Below are positions 14,691 to 27,789 of a stretch of 64,000 nucleotides of DNA, in pieces. The translations under genes and the position numbers were made by a program. The notes below the pieces were generated by a model. That model ran no database searches. It was given only the letters and a program-made list of their open reading frames with translations, and was not told the origin of the DNA. Numbering within the stretch: the first letter of the stretch is position 1; every line of letters begins with the position of its first letter. The DNA is from Octopus vulgaris (taxonomy: Eukaryota). The stretch spans positions 25,420,001-25,484,000 of the forward strand of contig OX597823.1 of NCBI GenBank assembly GCA_951406725.2, read 5' to 3'.

Positions 14691-14744
14691 AACTTTACGT
14701 TTTATTTTTCGAATGAAGACAGTATATTATATTAAAATTATAAT

Positions 14745-15137
14745 GGAGTAGCTGTGTGGTAAGTAGCTTGTTTACCAACCACATGGTTCCGGGTTCAGTC
14801 CCACCGCGTGGCACCTTGGCCAAGTGTCTTCTACTATAGCCTCGGGCTGACCAAAGCCTTGTGAGTGGATTTGGTAGACGGAAACTGAAAGAAGCCCATC
14901 GTATATATGTATATATATATGTATGTGTATGTGTGTGTGTCTGTGTTTGTCCCCCTAGCATTGCTTGACAACCGATGCTGGTGTGTTTATGTCCCCGTGA
15001 CTTAGCGGTTCGGCAAAAGAGACCGATAGAATAAGTACTGGGCTTACAAAGTAGAATAAGTACTGGGGTCGATTTGCTCGACTAAAGGCGGTGCTCCAGC
15101 ATGGCCGCAGTCAAATGACTGAAACAAGTAAAAGAGT
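14745..15137 (+). mobile_element. Major SINE copy lying about 36 nt into the intron from the gene B 88-nt exon donor
   Basis: Near-identical to 10655-11048. Confidence 0.9.
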
Positions 15138-15173
15138 ATCTTGTTAAATTATATTATATTATAAAACACTTAC

Positions 15174-15261
15174 TCGAGCTCCTTAGAAGGTATATATCGC
15201 ATGGTAAACAAATGGCAAGCTGTGTACCATATATCAGATAAGGTAAATCGAATCCGCCAAG
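15174..15261 (-). CDS. SLC18B1: SLC18B1-like gene B exon (88 nt, phase 0-1): LGGFDLPYLIYGTQLAICLPCDIYLLRSS
   Basis: Acceptor tctttttcag and donor gtaagt. Matches human SFGYEVPFIVLGCVVLLMVPLNMYILPNY (GGFxLPY). Confidence 0.9.
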
Positions 15262-16749
15262 CTGAAAAAGATTTAATACAATTATGGTTGACTCTGTTGT
15301 GGCGATTTAATATTGTTTATTGCTATTAGCTATGTATTGTTACAAAAAACTTGGTCCTTGGACTCCTCTTTAACACGTTATATTCGAAAATATCTGATTT
15401 ATTATTATTTTTTTTTTTTTGCATATGCAGAGAAACATAAATTCATGGGAACGGAACAGACTTTTGAAGTAGCCTAAGTAAATGCTTGGTTTTTGTTCTT
15501 TCATAGCCTATCTTTTATTTTATTTATAATATACATATTACGTAGTATAGTATTTTATCATACCATCTCATATCCTATTCTATCCAATTTTATCTATCTT
15601 GCATTATCTGATCTTATTACAACTCTTCAATAAATATTCTTTGATTTACTATGGTCAGTTTCGTACTTAAACAATTGTCTTGTGTCTAAAGGGGAGACCA
15701 AAATTAGTTTTTCAAGGTACAGACGAGATGGCCGAAGGTATAAGCATTGGGTATGTTCAAATTATTGAGTTTATGTGTCACCTAGAAATAAACGACACAT
15801 AAACTCTATAAATCTATAATAGACTCACATCTTCATCTTGAGAACTAGACACTAATTCACACCTGAACAGTTATAACATTATGTACAATTGTTGAGCGCC
15901 CAATCTTTGAGAAAAGCTAACATATCTAAAGAAAAATATTCTATTACAAATTTTCAGATAAGTTAGACTATAAGTTAGTCTGTATGTCATCCCTTTGTTT
16001 CTTCTATTATTTCTGCAACAGTCTAATCTATGAAACAACAAACTATTTTACAGAAAATTTAAGTTTCACATGAACTGCATCAAACACACTAGTGTTTCGA
16101 AAGAGCACATTTCTAAACGACTTGCAATGTTTATGGATGGACAGTCATCTTTACCGGAGTGCAAACAATAAAAATAACTTGATCAAATATCGCTATTGCC
16201 TCGGTTCACCTAGTCTTTCGAATGTGTTAGATACTACGAAATCAATAGTAGATATTATCTTAGATAGATCGGCTTCCTTTTCAAAGAAAAGTTATCTGTC
16301 ATCTTTTGTACCCATAGTCAAGGAACAGGCATGAAAAACGTTAAACCACTAAGCCCAGATTTAGGGGATATTTATACATATAGGAAACAGAAGGTGAGAG
16401 ATATTTGCATTACTGATGTAAACTCACGCCCATGGACTTAGTAGATGTCCGAATTATTGAATTAATTCCTCTCAGTCAGGTATATCAAGTGGCTTACCTA
16501 ATCCTTGATAGTGGTGTCAGCAGCCATTCAGCAAACAATATACAATATCCCACAGCCATTGTAGCAGCAGACACAGTTCAGCTGTGATACAACGGCTTGT
16601 ATCAACTGTGCAATGACAGTCAGTAGCGCAACAAATTATAAACCAACATCTTTTACAGATTCACTACGTTTTCAAGATCTGTTGCTTGAAACGAACTGTA
16701 CAGACAATCTATGATCCGGGAACTTAAATTTCGTTATTTTTCCACCTTC

Positions 16750-16925
16750 AGGTGGCGGGCTGGCTGAATCGTTAGCAGAAAGGGCAAAATGCTTTGCAGC
16801 ATTTCCTTCGTCTTTATGTTCTGAGTTCAATTTTTGCCGAGTTCAACTTTGTTTTCCATCCTTTCGGAGTGGATAAAATAAGTACCAGCTGAGAACTGGG
16901 GTCGATGTAATTGACTTACCCCCAC
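16750..16925 (+). mobile_element. tRNA-derived SINE, second family (GGCGGCGAGCTGGCAGAA...gagttcaaattcc)
   Basis: Homologous to 31495-31722, 45500-45690 and 63829-64000. Confidence 0.75.
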
Positions 16926-17954
16926 CTCAAAATTTTAATAGAGAAGATTATTTTTTCACCTTGAATCCATTGAAAGTACCTATTAACTGGATTGTAACAC
17001 ATGTATATACTCTTTATATACGTGTACTAAAAATTTCTATAGCCATACATTTATTGTGTATACACACATACATGAACGCACTTTCGTTTACATTTGATGA
17101 TTCATTTGCATGTACACACACAAAACTGTATATACACTCCATCAACGCTTCTTGTAAATAGTTATAGCCATTTATATTTCTGAACATTTCACTTAATTTC
17201 AAGTAATATTACTTGACTGTGAAATTGAAACACCATTTGTATCATAGACTTTACATTTTGCCGATTAGATGTGTCATAATTTAATTTATTGGCAATTAAA
17301 GAATATATATTCCTATTCCATGTTTATTATTGTATGTAGCCATCTTTATGGTGTATAAATCCAGTTTTGGGGTGGAGTCTATATTTTTCACAGTGCATAA
17401 TCTTTCCCTGACACAAAGGTCAATAATTACGATCTTTAATTCCACTTACTTTAGTGATAAAGAGATAAAAAGTAAAAAAAGAATTACTGGATACGACTAG
17501 ATTATTTCAGGTAACTATTCTCACGTGAAGAAATAACCTCAGCTGCAAGCCTCATTAAAGTAATGACGGTGTTTACAGCTGTGAACTATGTTTCTTGAAG
17601 AGCCTCTTAAATGAATTCAGATGGCTCAGATGTTGAAATTGAAGTAACTTGATCACAAACTCAGTGCAATGCTTGTGACAGAACATAAGTGAGGCGACTT
17701 CTATATGGTCTGTCGGCATGCAAGAAATAGCTGCCTTCTCGCTCAAATTTTACCCCGCTTTCATAAAAACAAAATATACGTTGGGTAATACTGTCCTGGG
17801 TACGCTAAGTCTGAAAACTGTTCTGTCTGGAACATCTTTGATCATATTTTTGTTTAACTGCAGCTAAACGTCAGCTAGTTACCCGACACATCTCATATGG
17901 TTTCATTCTCCCGCAGCAAAAATTCAATGAAGATAATTATGTTATCATACTTAC

Positions 17955-18023
17955 ATCATAAAGCATTCCTCCAAATAGGGGGCTAGTTGCGAAGCCAAAC
18001 CCAGTTGCAGTCAAACGAAAACC
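17955..18023 (-). CDS. SLC18B1: SLC18B1-like gene B exon (69 nt, phase 0-0): GFRLTATGFGFATSPLFGGMLYD
   Basis: Acceptor cgtttttcag and donor gtaagt. Corresponds to MFS motif C in TM5 (human GSLETFSGLGLILGPPVGGFLYQ). Confidence 0.9.
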
Positions 18024-20663
18024 CTGAAAAACGTTTAAACACAATAGCTGTGGAAATTCAGAAGATACTAATCTGTTTTTGTAAGAAAATTATGTTTTGA
18101 AATATTTTCTTAAAAGTGAGTATCTTTACTTACATGTAACATTCTCAAAACTTACACAATCTCTTAATTGTCTCATTCCGTAAAGAATGATATAATCTCA
18201 AATGCATTATTCCCTAAAATGTATCCGTACTATAAAATACGATATTCCTTAAAATTTCAGTTTTTTAAAATGGCAGTAAATTGACAAAACAATGAATAAG
18301 TGGTATATTGGGGAAAGATATTTAGTTTTACAATAATAAGTATAGAACATAATGTATTTGACAACCTACACAAGGATCATAGGACAAAATCCATGGCTGG
18401 CGTTCCATTGTGATTCAGACTAGCATCTTTTATTCTCTTAAGCATTGATCCACTTAGGTAACGGATCATTGGCTTGTAAATTTTCAAGCTAGTGTTCCAT
18501 TACTTCTATTCCAGACTGGACCACATTTGCTTGGAGCTTCCATTACCAATAAAATATTTCTGTATGTTTCCTAACTTACTGTAACGTTCAACTCACTATT
18601 ATCGTCGTTTATTTATACACAAACCTATATCTACACATAATTTCTGGAATATGAAACACATACTACATCCCAACTCAAACTTTATAAGCGAGTGTGTGTC
18701 TGCGCTCGTATATATCCGATGGTGTTTGAGTGGTTACAAAATTGTCTATGATTTACATGTTATGAAGAGATATTATAAAGTGCTAATTGGTCATTTTGAC
18801 ATAATCTTTATGATGGCACAATCTATTTCATGTAATGAATAACATAATAGCCTGGCAAGTGATAGATATGTAAATCAGCTCCCGAGATGCAACCAATTCG
18901 CTTTTTTCTGTATGGGACCGTAATTTGAAATATCTATATATTAATACGCTAAGGACGAAATGCGTACGCTGTCACGTGATTAGTTGAAGGAAAAGGAGTA
19001 GAGCGAGAAAGAAAAAGAGGGAGAAAGAAGTGTTCATGATGCGAAGTAGGAGAAACGTAATATTTATTGCGGGGTTAAAAAGCTTTCTGAAGGTAGTGAT
19101 GTAGAGAAAGAGAGTCAGTAACACAAATTTTAGCAGAATGAGGTTCTAGTGGTGCAGTTAAAGAAAGACAAAGAGGGAGAGAGAAAGTGGAGAGTGTAAG
19201 GGAGAACGAGTAGAGGTGTTTTGCCAGCCGATGCAATAAGCTGTCATGTGGTCAGTGCAAATGAGAGATGAAAATAAAGAGAAAGAGAATGAGAGAAATC
19301 ATAAAGACGTGAAGAGGGGAATGATATGGCTAGAATGTTTGTTAAAATTTCAGGTAGAGAGAGAAAAAAAAGAGAGCTGGAGAGAGAGAAGGAGGGAAAG
19401 AGAGAGAGAGAGAGAGATAAAATGTTAAAAGGGAAATTTTAAACATCATATATTATTGTGGCTTATTACATCGTCGGGTGGACTGAAAGAGGAATAATAA
19501 TAATAACCTTATCATAGAAAAATAGATTTTTCAATGAAAGTGAAATGACTTGGCAAAATAAGCGTAGATGTTATTTTTTGTTTGTTTTTGCATTTTGTTT
19601 TTTAATTTGTTATTCTAGCTTTGTGCTGACAGCAACAGAAGTAGATATAAACAAAGAACTGAAATAAAATGAAACAATCGTGGTTGGGAAACAACTTAGA
19701 TTGAGCTTTGTTGTTGAAAGCTATAATGATGATGGTGAAGGTGATGGTGATGGTCATTGTGGTGATGAAGATGATGGTGGTGAGTGGGTAGCGAAATGTG
19801 TAGTCTTTTTTTATTTCAACTGAACTAATTTTTTCTTTTATATCGCCTCTCCTCATATGTACAAGTGCAGTTATTTACTGTCTTCTCCCTTGAAAATAGG
19901 TATTTGTTTATAAAATATGGTTGACACATGATATAAGTTAACAAGAGAAAGATTAAAACGGTATAGGCAATGATATAAAGAGAAACAGAGGTTCGAATCA
20001 CTAAAACAAGCACGGGAGCATCAGTGTGTTGAAGGGAAAATATGAATCAAAGAGTATTGAGTGAGTATTTACAAGAAATAAGGGAACGAGTTCAAGATAG
20101 AATATAAAATAAAAATGAACGAGAACGTCAAAAAAACCGAAAACGTATGGTCGAAAGATACAACGTTGGTGACATAAATATTCTCTGCAATCATTGTGAA
20201 GCTATTAGATTTATAAATGAACCTCTGAACTGCTGAGAGAAAAGGAAAGTCATGTTCCTTCAATTAAGACCTTATCCAGAAAAACTGAAGGATAATGCAG
20301 AATATACAATTTATAAAAGAATACTAAATTCTGTGACTATATAAACTTATAATCACCCAAAGAATCTCGTATTTAGCATGGAGTTCCCACTGCTACTGCT
20401 AGTATATAATTAACTAGCACCACCTTCACAATCACAATCATCACCACCAACACTATAATCACCATCATCTTCATCGTTACTATAACTATCACTTTATCAC
20501 CGTAACTACCATTAATATCACTGCTATCATAGCATTGTCATCATCACTATTTCTATCATCCCCATCTCATTATTACAGTGAAAGAACGAGAGAGAGAGAG
20601 AGAGGGGGGGAGAAAGAGAGAGGGAGAAGCTGGAATGAGAAGTATGCGTTTAATTATACTCAC

Positions 20664-20823
20664 AAATAAACAACTAACATTATCTGGGAATTCAGTGGCG
20701 AAAAATATCATAACTGCGGTACTGATTGTACCACAACCCAAAGATTCTAAAGCTCTCGCAATGAAACTTAGTATGATGAACACCATATTATAAGAACCCT
20801 GGTTAGGGATGTATTTAAGCAAT
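20664..20823 (-). CDS. SLC18B1: SLC18B1-like gene B exon (160 nt, phase 2-0): LLKYIPNQGSYNMVFIILSFIARALESLGCGTISTAVMIFFATEFPDNVSCLF
   Basis: Acceptor ttctctctcatcag and donor gtgagt. Clear match to human VLDRVPDGPVFIAMCFLVRVMDAVSFAAAMTASSSILAKAFPNNVATVL (TM4 Arg, FP-NV). Confidence 0.92.
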
Positions 20824-21510
20824 CTGATGAGAGAGAAGATAAATATACAAATATTAATAATGGTTTCTAACAACAGTGCAAGGTTACCCATTTTCATAGT
20901 GAGAACAGTCGAAAACAGGAAACACAAATATATATTTTGTCAGTAAGAAAACAATAAAAGCAAATAAAATAGTAATAAAAAAAATGTAATTATATTTGTG
21001 TCATGAGGAAAAGAAAAATTATCATTGTTTCGAATTTAATCTCTTTCTGTTTTTTAGTTTACCCAGTGGCTCCCCAGGGCCGGATTTATAGGAGTGTGGA
21101 GGGGGCAATTGCTCCAGGCATCTAGGTATTGGGAACCTCTGCTAGGAAAGATATGTAACACTCAATACAGGAAGCCTCCCACCACCACCTTCCAGCAATA
21201 AGGCATGATGAGGTACACTCAATATACAAAATTATCTTGACTTTTTATAAAATGTAATGGATTCTCTTTTATGACAAATACCCATAGATTTTTTCCACTT
21301 TAGAGATACCAAATAATTCAATTAAAAAACAATTTATTGCCTTTACTACCAGTCCCTAAACACTTACAATTCCCAAGGAAATTGTAGCTGCTTATGGGAC
21401 AACAGAGGAAATAGAAACAACAGAATACTCCTGAAAATGTATGTATGTATGTATGTATGTATGTATGTATGTATGTATGTATGTATGTATGTATGTATGT
21501 ATGTATGTAT

Positions 21511-22259
21511 GTACGAGAAGAAAAAAAGAGAGTGTGCAAATTTGTTGTGTCAATGTATACGAGGCGAGAGACAAACAGAAAGCAGATATGGTGGGGCAGT
21601 AATATCGGAATACGTTCCATATCCCCTCCAAACACAGAGCACATTTCCAGGTGCAACCCTGGTTTAGGGATGAACTCTTCTTTTTCATTGGGTGCTAACG
21701 AATGTCGTTTTCGTTGGATATGATTTTAGAGAACCCACATTTCATCACTTGGATCGAAAGTAATCTACGAGGAAACATTTTTTCCGAACAAAACTGGTCG
21801 GACCACTGTTAGCATGTTCATGCATTTTAGTTTCATTTCCATAGGCAGAACAAATATTTCTGGCCTCTCCTATTGCTTAAGAAACCCCTCTCGAATTCAT
21901 ACGGCACGCAGTGTCTGGTATGGGTCTGATCTATTTTAAAAAAGTAAAATCGATATCATTACGCATTTAATCTCTATGATATAAAGTAACCTTCAAAGAA
22001 AGGAAAATACTATTAGAATATATAAATTATTGTTTTATACTAAGCACTAAAAGCAAAGTACTCTCAGAATGATCATGGGGAAAATACGACAGGACTTTCT
22101 CTCCAACCTTATACCATTCTCTGATTGGACTTTAAGGCTCAGAAATATCTGGAACGTATTCCGATATTACTGCCCCACCATATCTGCTTTCTGTTTGTCT
22201 CTCGCCTCGTACACATTGACACAACAAATTTGCACACTCTCTTTTTTTTCTTCTCGTAC
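21511..22259. mobile_element. MITE/foldback element with inverted arms of about 108 bp (21511-21619 / 22150-22259), adjacent to (ATGT)n
   Basis: gtacgagaagaaaaaaagagagtgtgcaaatttg...tacgttcca is nearly the exact reverse complement of tggaacgta...cttctcgtac. TA at both ends. Confidence 0.8.
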
Positions 22260-22810
22260 ATGCACACACACACACAAACACATACACTCACATTCGGCTT
22301 ACACATCCACACACAAATGGAGCTGTTCGTTCATGACATTGTTAACTACGATTCTATTTGAAGCAAGTTCTAAGCGCAAAAATAAACAAAATCTCTTTTA
22401 AAATATTGATTGACTGAAAACAATTCAAGGCCTACTTTTACCATCAATGTATATTTTTGATTCCTAGTTTAACAAAGAGCACTGTATTGAAGTCACTTGA
22501 CTAATTTCATGCAATGCCTCTAGATCCTGTCGCCTAGTCGCTCTCAGGAGAATCAACTCTCACTTCTTCATGCTCCCACTCAATTATGTATACAGAACAA
22601 AAAAGGATATTTTTGAGAGAAAAAAATATATTCTGAATATCTTTTTTTTTCTCATAGCTTGCCTTTCCATCAACATTTCTCTATGTGTAACTACAGAATG
22701 AAGACATTTTTAATACATACTCTCATGTCTTTCTGTTGCGCATACCTATACACAATAATCTTCCTCTCTTTCTCCCTCTCCCTTGCCTACTCTTTCTTCT
22801 TTTCTTTCTT

Positions 22811-22843
<33 letters not shown>

Positions 22844-23981
22844 TGCAAGTATTTGTATCCCTTATATCATATTTGAAGAGTTCTTTGCTTTTCCATCTTT
22901 TCATCTTTTTTTTTCTTTGCTTTTCCATCTTTTCCATATAGTCTGTTGTAACTCGACTATTCTGTTCAGCGTTGTAAGATAAAATATTTTTCTAAAAAAA
23001 GAAGCTCGTCTATTATTCTTCTAAAAACGTTTCTATCTTCGGAACTACACCTTAAAGAATTATTGCTAAAATATCTCTATATGGGTTTCAACTCAGTTAA
23101 TTGAAGAGATTAAAGGAATGGAAGTGGTGCTGCTCATCATCCCCTTCTCAATATTTTTAGAGTAAATGAAAAGAAACACAAAAAAATCAAGACTATGTAT
23201 CAGACTTAGTTCACTGGTAGTTTACCACTTATGTTACCGGTGCTTTTCTAAACAGATATTTATAAATACCACAGACATGATATACTTGTGGATTTGGGGA
23301 ATGAATGAATTAACACCAGATTAATGACTGAAAATGCTCCTTCTCTTCCAATTGCTGTATTAGCTAAAATGAGAGTTAGCTCTTTCTTAACCGAGATTCT
23401 CTTTACTTAGTATTAGACGACTATTGTTAGTGTGAGTATTTAGAAGTTAATAAATAACTTTTGTCTCACTCGGTGATAATTTTGCCATTTCCTGGAGGAC
23501 ATTGTTCTTGCTTTTCGGTACTCACAGAAATCCACTAAAGAGAGCTAATTTCAATATGCTTCAGTTTTCCTCCTGGCCATCTCAGCCAGCTTTCTGCAAA
23601 AGCACAGCTTAAGATGAATGCATTCAGTATTTGTCAACAGATTTGTTGTTTTATAATTTAGACTTTTTTCTTTTTGGTCTTATAAACATAAGTGGTATAT
23701 AGTAGAAGTCAATTGCTGCTATCGTTTAAGCCAGTCTCATGACCCAAATTCCACTACCTTATGACAGTAAAGTATTACAGTATTACTAAACCTTGACAAA
23801 TATCAACCTTCGTACTCAAACGCAGATAACATAGGTAAATAATTGCTGAAGACTTTTAAGTAGAATCAATCAACCTCAGCTATTTTTAAGTTATAGTTTG
23901 ATTAGGGTGTGTTAAAGAGCTGGTTTGAAGGATGTCTATAAATATCCTAAATGAAAACCTAATTGTCATACATACATACAT

Positions 23982-24063
<82 letters not shown>

Positions 24064-24099
24064 CGTTTTTAGGAAAACAAAAATCCGGAGAAGAAACGC

Positions 24100-24848
24100 A
24101 CGCTAAAAAGGAGAGCAGTCTCTATGTTTTCCTGGTGAAGGCCGGTTTATGGGGTTACCCTGGGTTTCCCGTCATAAAGGGTTTAACCTTATGGCGTATA
24201 ATCAGACCCCAAGACCCGTTGGCTTTAGACCTCTTTCAAATATGGAGAGAAGTCTCGGTAGAAAGGTAGATGTAAACAAGGGAGTTATCTCCCTTCGCTA
24301 ATGGCTATCGACTTCCGACCGTATCACTATCATTTAGCTATGAGAGTAAACAATAAAGAATTATCTCTCTCTTTCCCGTTAGCTATCAAATTCCGGTTGT
24401 GCAGCCATCTTGCGGTTACCAAAATACCAGCAGAAATTTCCTAAAATGCAAACAAGGCCTGAAAAATCTCCGTTTTGGAGTTAAGTATAGTCTTTTAGGA
24501 TTTTCGTGCGTTCGCCTACGCATAGCTTACAGCGTTTCATTCCGTTGATGTAGAGGCCTGGGTTTTCGAGGATTTTCCATGAGATCGAGTGTAGAACTCT
24601 GTCCTCTTTTAGGTGCCAAACGTGGCTGGCCAGTGATGTTACGTATCTCCTTTCCAAGACTCTGAAAGAGGATCTATAGTTGGAAAATCGTTCCTTGAAC
24701 GAATTTTCAGTACAACCATTGTATTTTCGTAGGCGTGCGATGTCGGTACCGTGCCTATTATTGTTGTTGTTGCTACCTCTGCTACTGTTGTAGTAGCTGC
24801 TAATGTCATTGCTGTCGATGCTGTCACCGATGTTGTTGTTGCTGCTGT

Positions 24849-24889
<41 letters not shown>

Positions 24890-25892
24890 TTGATGAAGTT
24901 GATGCTGATAATGTTGGAGCTGGGGCTGTTGGTGTTGGGGCTGGGGCCGCTGGTATTGGTACTGCTGGAGGTAGTGGTTGGGTTACTAATGCTACCATCC
25001 CTACGTGTGTTGCCGGTAATGCACCTGTTGATGCTGTTACTAATACTGTCGATGTTGTCGTTGATGTTGTTGTTGTCATTGCTGTTGTTGTTGTTATCGT
25101 CACCTACGATGCTGATGCTGGAGCTGTTGGTGTTGGTGTTGGCGGAGGTGGGGGTGGTGGTGGCATTGGTAATGGTATCGCCTTTGCCGGCTATGGAGGT
25201 GGCGCTGTAGTTATTGCGGTCTTCACCGAAATTTGAGGGGTGGGTAGTACTACTGCCAGAGCTGTCATTAGTCGAGCTTATACTGATGCTTCTGCTAGGG
25301 ACGTTGCTGATGGTGTGATGTTGCCGATATAGGTGGTGTCGGCACTGGATCTGTTACTGCTGTTACAATTGGTTCTGTCAGTGCAGGCGTTGGCTGGTCT
25401 GCTACTGTGGACATCAGGGAAGCTGTTGGTGTCGGTGCCGTTGCATGTTGTTGACGTCGCTAAAGCTGTCTACTGTGGTGGTGGTGTTGGCTCTGTTGTT
25501 GATTCTATTGTCGTATCTACGGCCGCTATCGTTTCTGCCGGTAGACTTGGCAGTGTTCACTCGTTCTTCGGCTTGATAGACTACTCCTTTGGTTTTGCAG
25601 TAGCCTCCTACCGGCCAACTATTGCGGATCCTGCATGAACAACCTTCTCCTTTCTGTAGCCTAGCGACGCTAACTAGCATGCTCTTAATATTGGGGGCAC
25701 AGCTAAACGAGACTCTAACATTGTGCCTGTTGAAAATTAGTTCGTACCTATGAGGGCTAGTGATGTGCTTGTCTATTAATTTAAAGAAAAGTCTACCGTT
25801 GGCGTTGTAGTGTGAAGGGAGAAGTGTGTGCAAAACAAATTGTATTTCTACGGTGTTTCTTTCTGCCGTTGTTGGGTTTCGGCATATATGAG
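24100..25892 (-). mobile_element. Penelope-like element, 3' part: RT-thumb linker, GIY-YIG endonuclease (split by a low-complexity insert) and terminal hammerhead
   Basis: Minus-strand translations FFKLIDKH..IFNRHNVRVSFSCAPNI, CSCRIRNSWPVGGYCKTKGVVYQA, KYNGCTENSFKERF, LASHVWHLKE..ISWKIL..CKLCVGE. Confidence 0.85.
24151..24210 (-). ncRNA. Minimal type I hammerhead ribozyme motif (core G8 mutated)
   Basis: GGGGT-CTGATTA-[stem II cgccataagg/cctttatgacg]-GAAAC-CCAGG-GTA-ACCCC; stem I GGGGT pairs with ACCCC. Confidence 0.75.
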
Positions 25893-26199
25893 TGTATGTG
25901 TGTTTGTGTGTGTGTGTGCATGTACGAGAAGAAAAAAAGAGAGTGTGCAAATTTGTTGTGTCAATGTGTCACCGTAAAAGTTCATACATACGTCCACATA
26001 CGCACAAGCACAAGGAACAACAGGGTTAAAGGTAACAATACAGAAAAAAGACATAAGGAAGTATACAAAGAGTAAACCACGTTCATATACGGACATACCC
26101 TTATGCACGCGCACACACACACCCATATATGTACATACCCGCACACGTCTATATACGCATACACACACACTCACGCACAAAAAGGATTATACATACACC

Positions 26200-26557
26200 C
26201 ACCTTAGAAACAAACCTCACCATAGCGTACTTCTTAGACGTCACGCTGGACCTGGGCTCCGGTACTCACAGCCTTACCACAAACCAAATGAGAGGCAGAC
26301 ATCAACACAGCCTTCTGTCACCCACCCATCGTGTTCAGGAACCTCGTAAAGGATATTAGCAAAATGATTTCAAACCTTTCCTCTAACCAAGAAGCCTTCC
26401 ACGCGGCTGCTGCATACTATAATGAGGCTTAGGGACCGTATCTCCTATATGCCGGAACCCAACAACGGCAAAAAGAAACACCGTAGAAATACAATTTGTT
26501 TTGCACACACTTCTCCCTTCACACTACAACGCCGTTGGTAAACTTTTCCTTAAATTA
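26200..26557 (+). mobile_element. Penelope-like RT C-terminal fragment, opposite in orientation to its continuation at 25892-24100
   Basis: YFLDVTLDL, HPPIVFRNLVKDISKMISNLSSNQEAFHAAAAYYNEA. Confidence 0.8.
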
Positions 26558-26588
26558 TCTTGGCTATTATATTTTTACATATATATAT

Positions 26589-26625
<37 letters not shown>

Positions 26626-26695
26626 TACGTTATTGTAAGATCCAAGGATCTAGGTGTAATATGTGTGTGTGTAAGGAAAAATTCAGTTGGCTTAC

Positions 26696-26791
26696 CATTT
26701 TTTTGACCATTTGTGGAGCCAATGCATTCATGTGTGGATAAACACCAAACAACAAGCTGATTAAATTATTGTTCATTCCACGAAGTTTAGC
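26696..26791 (-). CDS. SLC18B1: SLC18B1-like gene B exon (96 nt, phase 0-0): AKLRGMNNNLISLLFGVYPHMNALAPQMVKKM
   Basis: Acceptor tttttttcctgcag and donor gtaag. Aligns to human AEKKGASNTIIGMIFGCFALFELLASLVFGNY (TM2). Confidence 0.85.
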
Positions 26792-27789
26792 CTGCAGGAA
26801 AAAAATATCCATTTGGTTCATTAAATCTGATCAGTTATAGAGGTGTAATGGTGCATTATTGTAGGGACAAGTCCACGTATTTTGTAGGAAGAATACAGTC
26901 GTTTAACTTAGACCCTAGTGCTTGACTAGTACTGATTTTATTTATATCCACAGAATGAAAGACAAATTCCTCTACACTCCGTTATGAACAACTAAGTACA
27001 GCCAATCTGCCAGTCTTTTAAACTTGCACCACTCTTTTCTTAATCCCAATAACAACTGCAACTGAGAAAGAGATTAAGCGACGGTAAACCGAGTTCGTGA
27101 CACGGTTTCCACTCTTAGTTGATATATTTCGCTTATACCAATAAATGACTTTGAGAAAGGCTTAGAAGTTACATAATCTAATTTTTTTTAGTAAATTGAC
27201 GATCATTCTCTCAAATCAAAAATAAAATACTTTCGCCATTAATCACAGGTGGAAAGCTACAAATCCAAAATCAAAAGATCATTCTAGATTTTAGTCGCAG
27301 TGCCTTGAACGGTGGAGTTGTCAGACAATACTCAATATTTAGTTATGTCTCTTTAGGTTCTGCGTTCAAAGCTCACTTGTAATTGGCACAGCTTTTCTAT
27401 CCATCCAGGGTGTCTATACAATAGTTATACTAGTTATATACTGAGGTCAACAGGCACACCCAAATAAGTTTCCCTTCAAGTTTAATCACTACAATTTGTG
27501 TTTCGTATGAAATCAATATTTCCTTTCTTTTAAATATGGTCATCAGCACTGTATGAAATGTTTTCGGTTCCTATCAGCGCGCTCCTGAGATTTAGGTTCA
27601 ATTCCTAATTGCACTTATTTCACTTTACTTCTCCAACATCGTTAATGTCCTAGAGAAGGACATAAATAACACTGTTTTATATTTGTTCGGTAAATTAAAT
27701 GTCATAGTTTTATTGTTTAACAAAACAAATTTCAATAGTTTTAAAGAATTTACACCCAAGGAAATGTTTCTAATTGTGGAACAAAACTT

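Noticed and set aside
16498-16581. Hydrophobic exon-like segment with cag/gtaag boundaries
   Set aside because: It contains in-frame stops in the required phase, and the true TM6 exon is at 15174-15261. At most it is a cryptic poison exon.
20888-20961. 74-nt open phase 0-2 stretch as the missing TM3 exon
   Set aside because: There is no AG acceptor, the second half is polar, and the downstream intron would be only 64 nt.
24639-25236. Mucin-like or poly-Leu/Val ORFs
   Set aside because: These come from the low-complexity insert within a Penelope element. There are no splice signals or other evidence for a host mucin gene.
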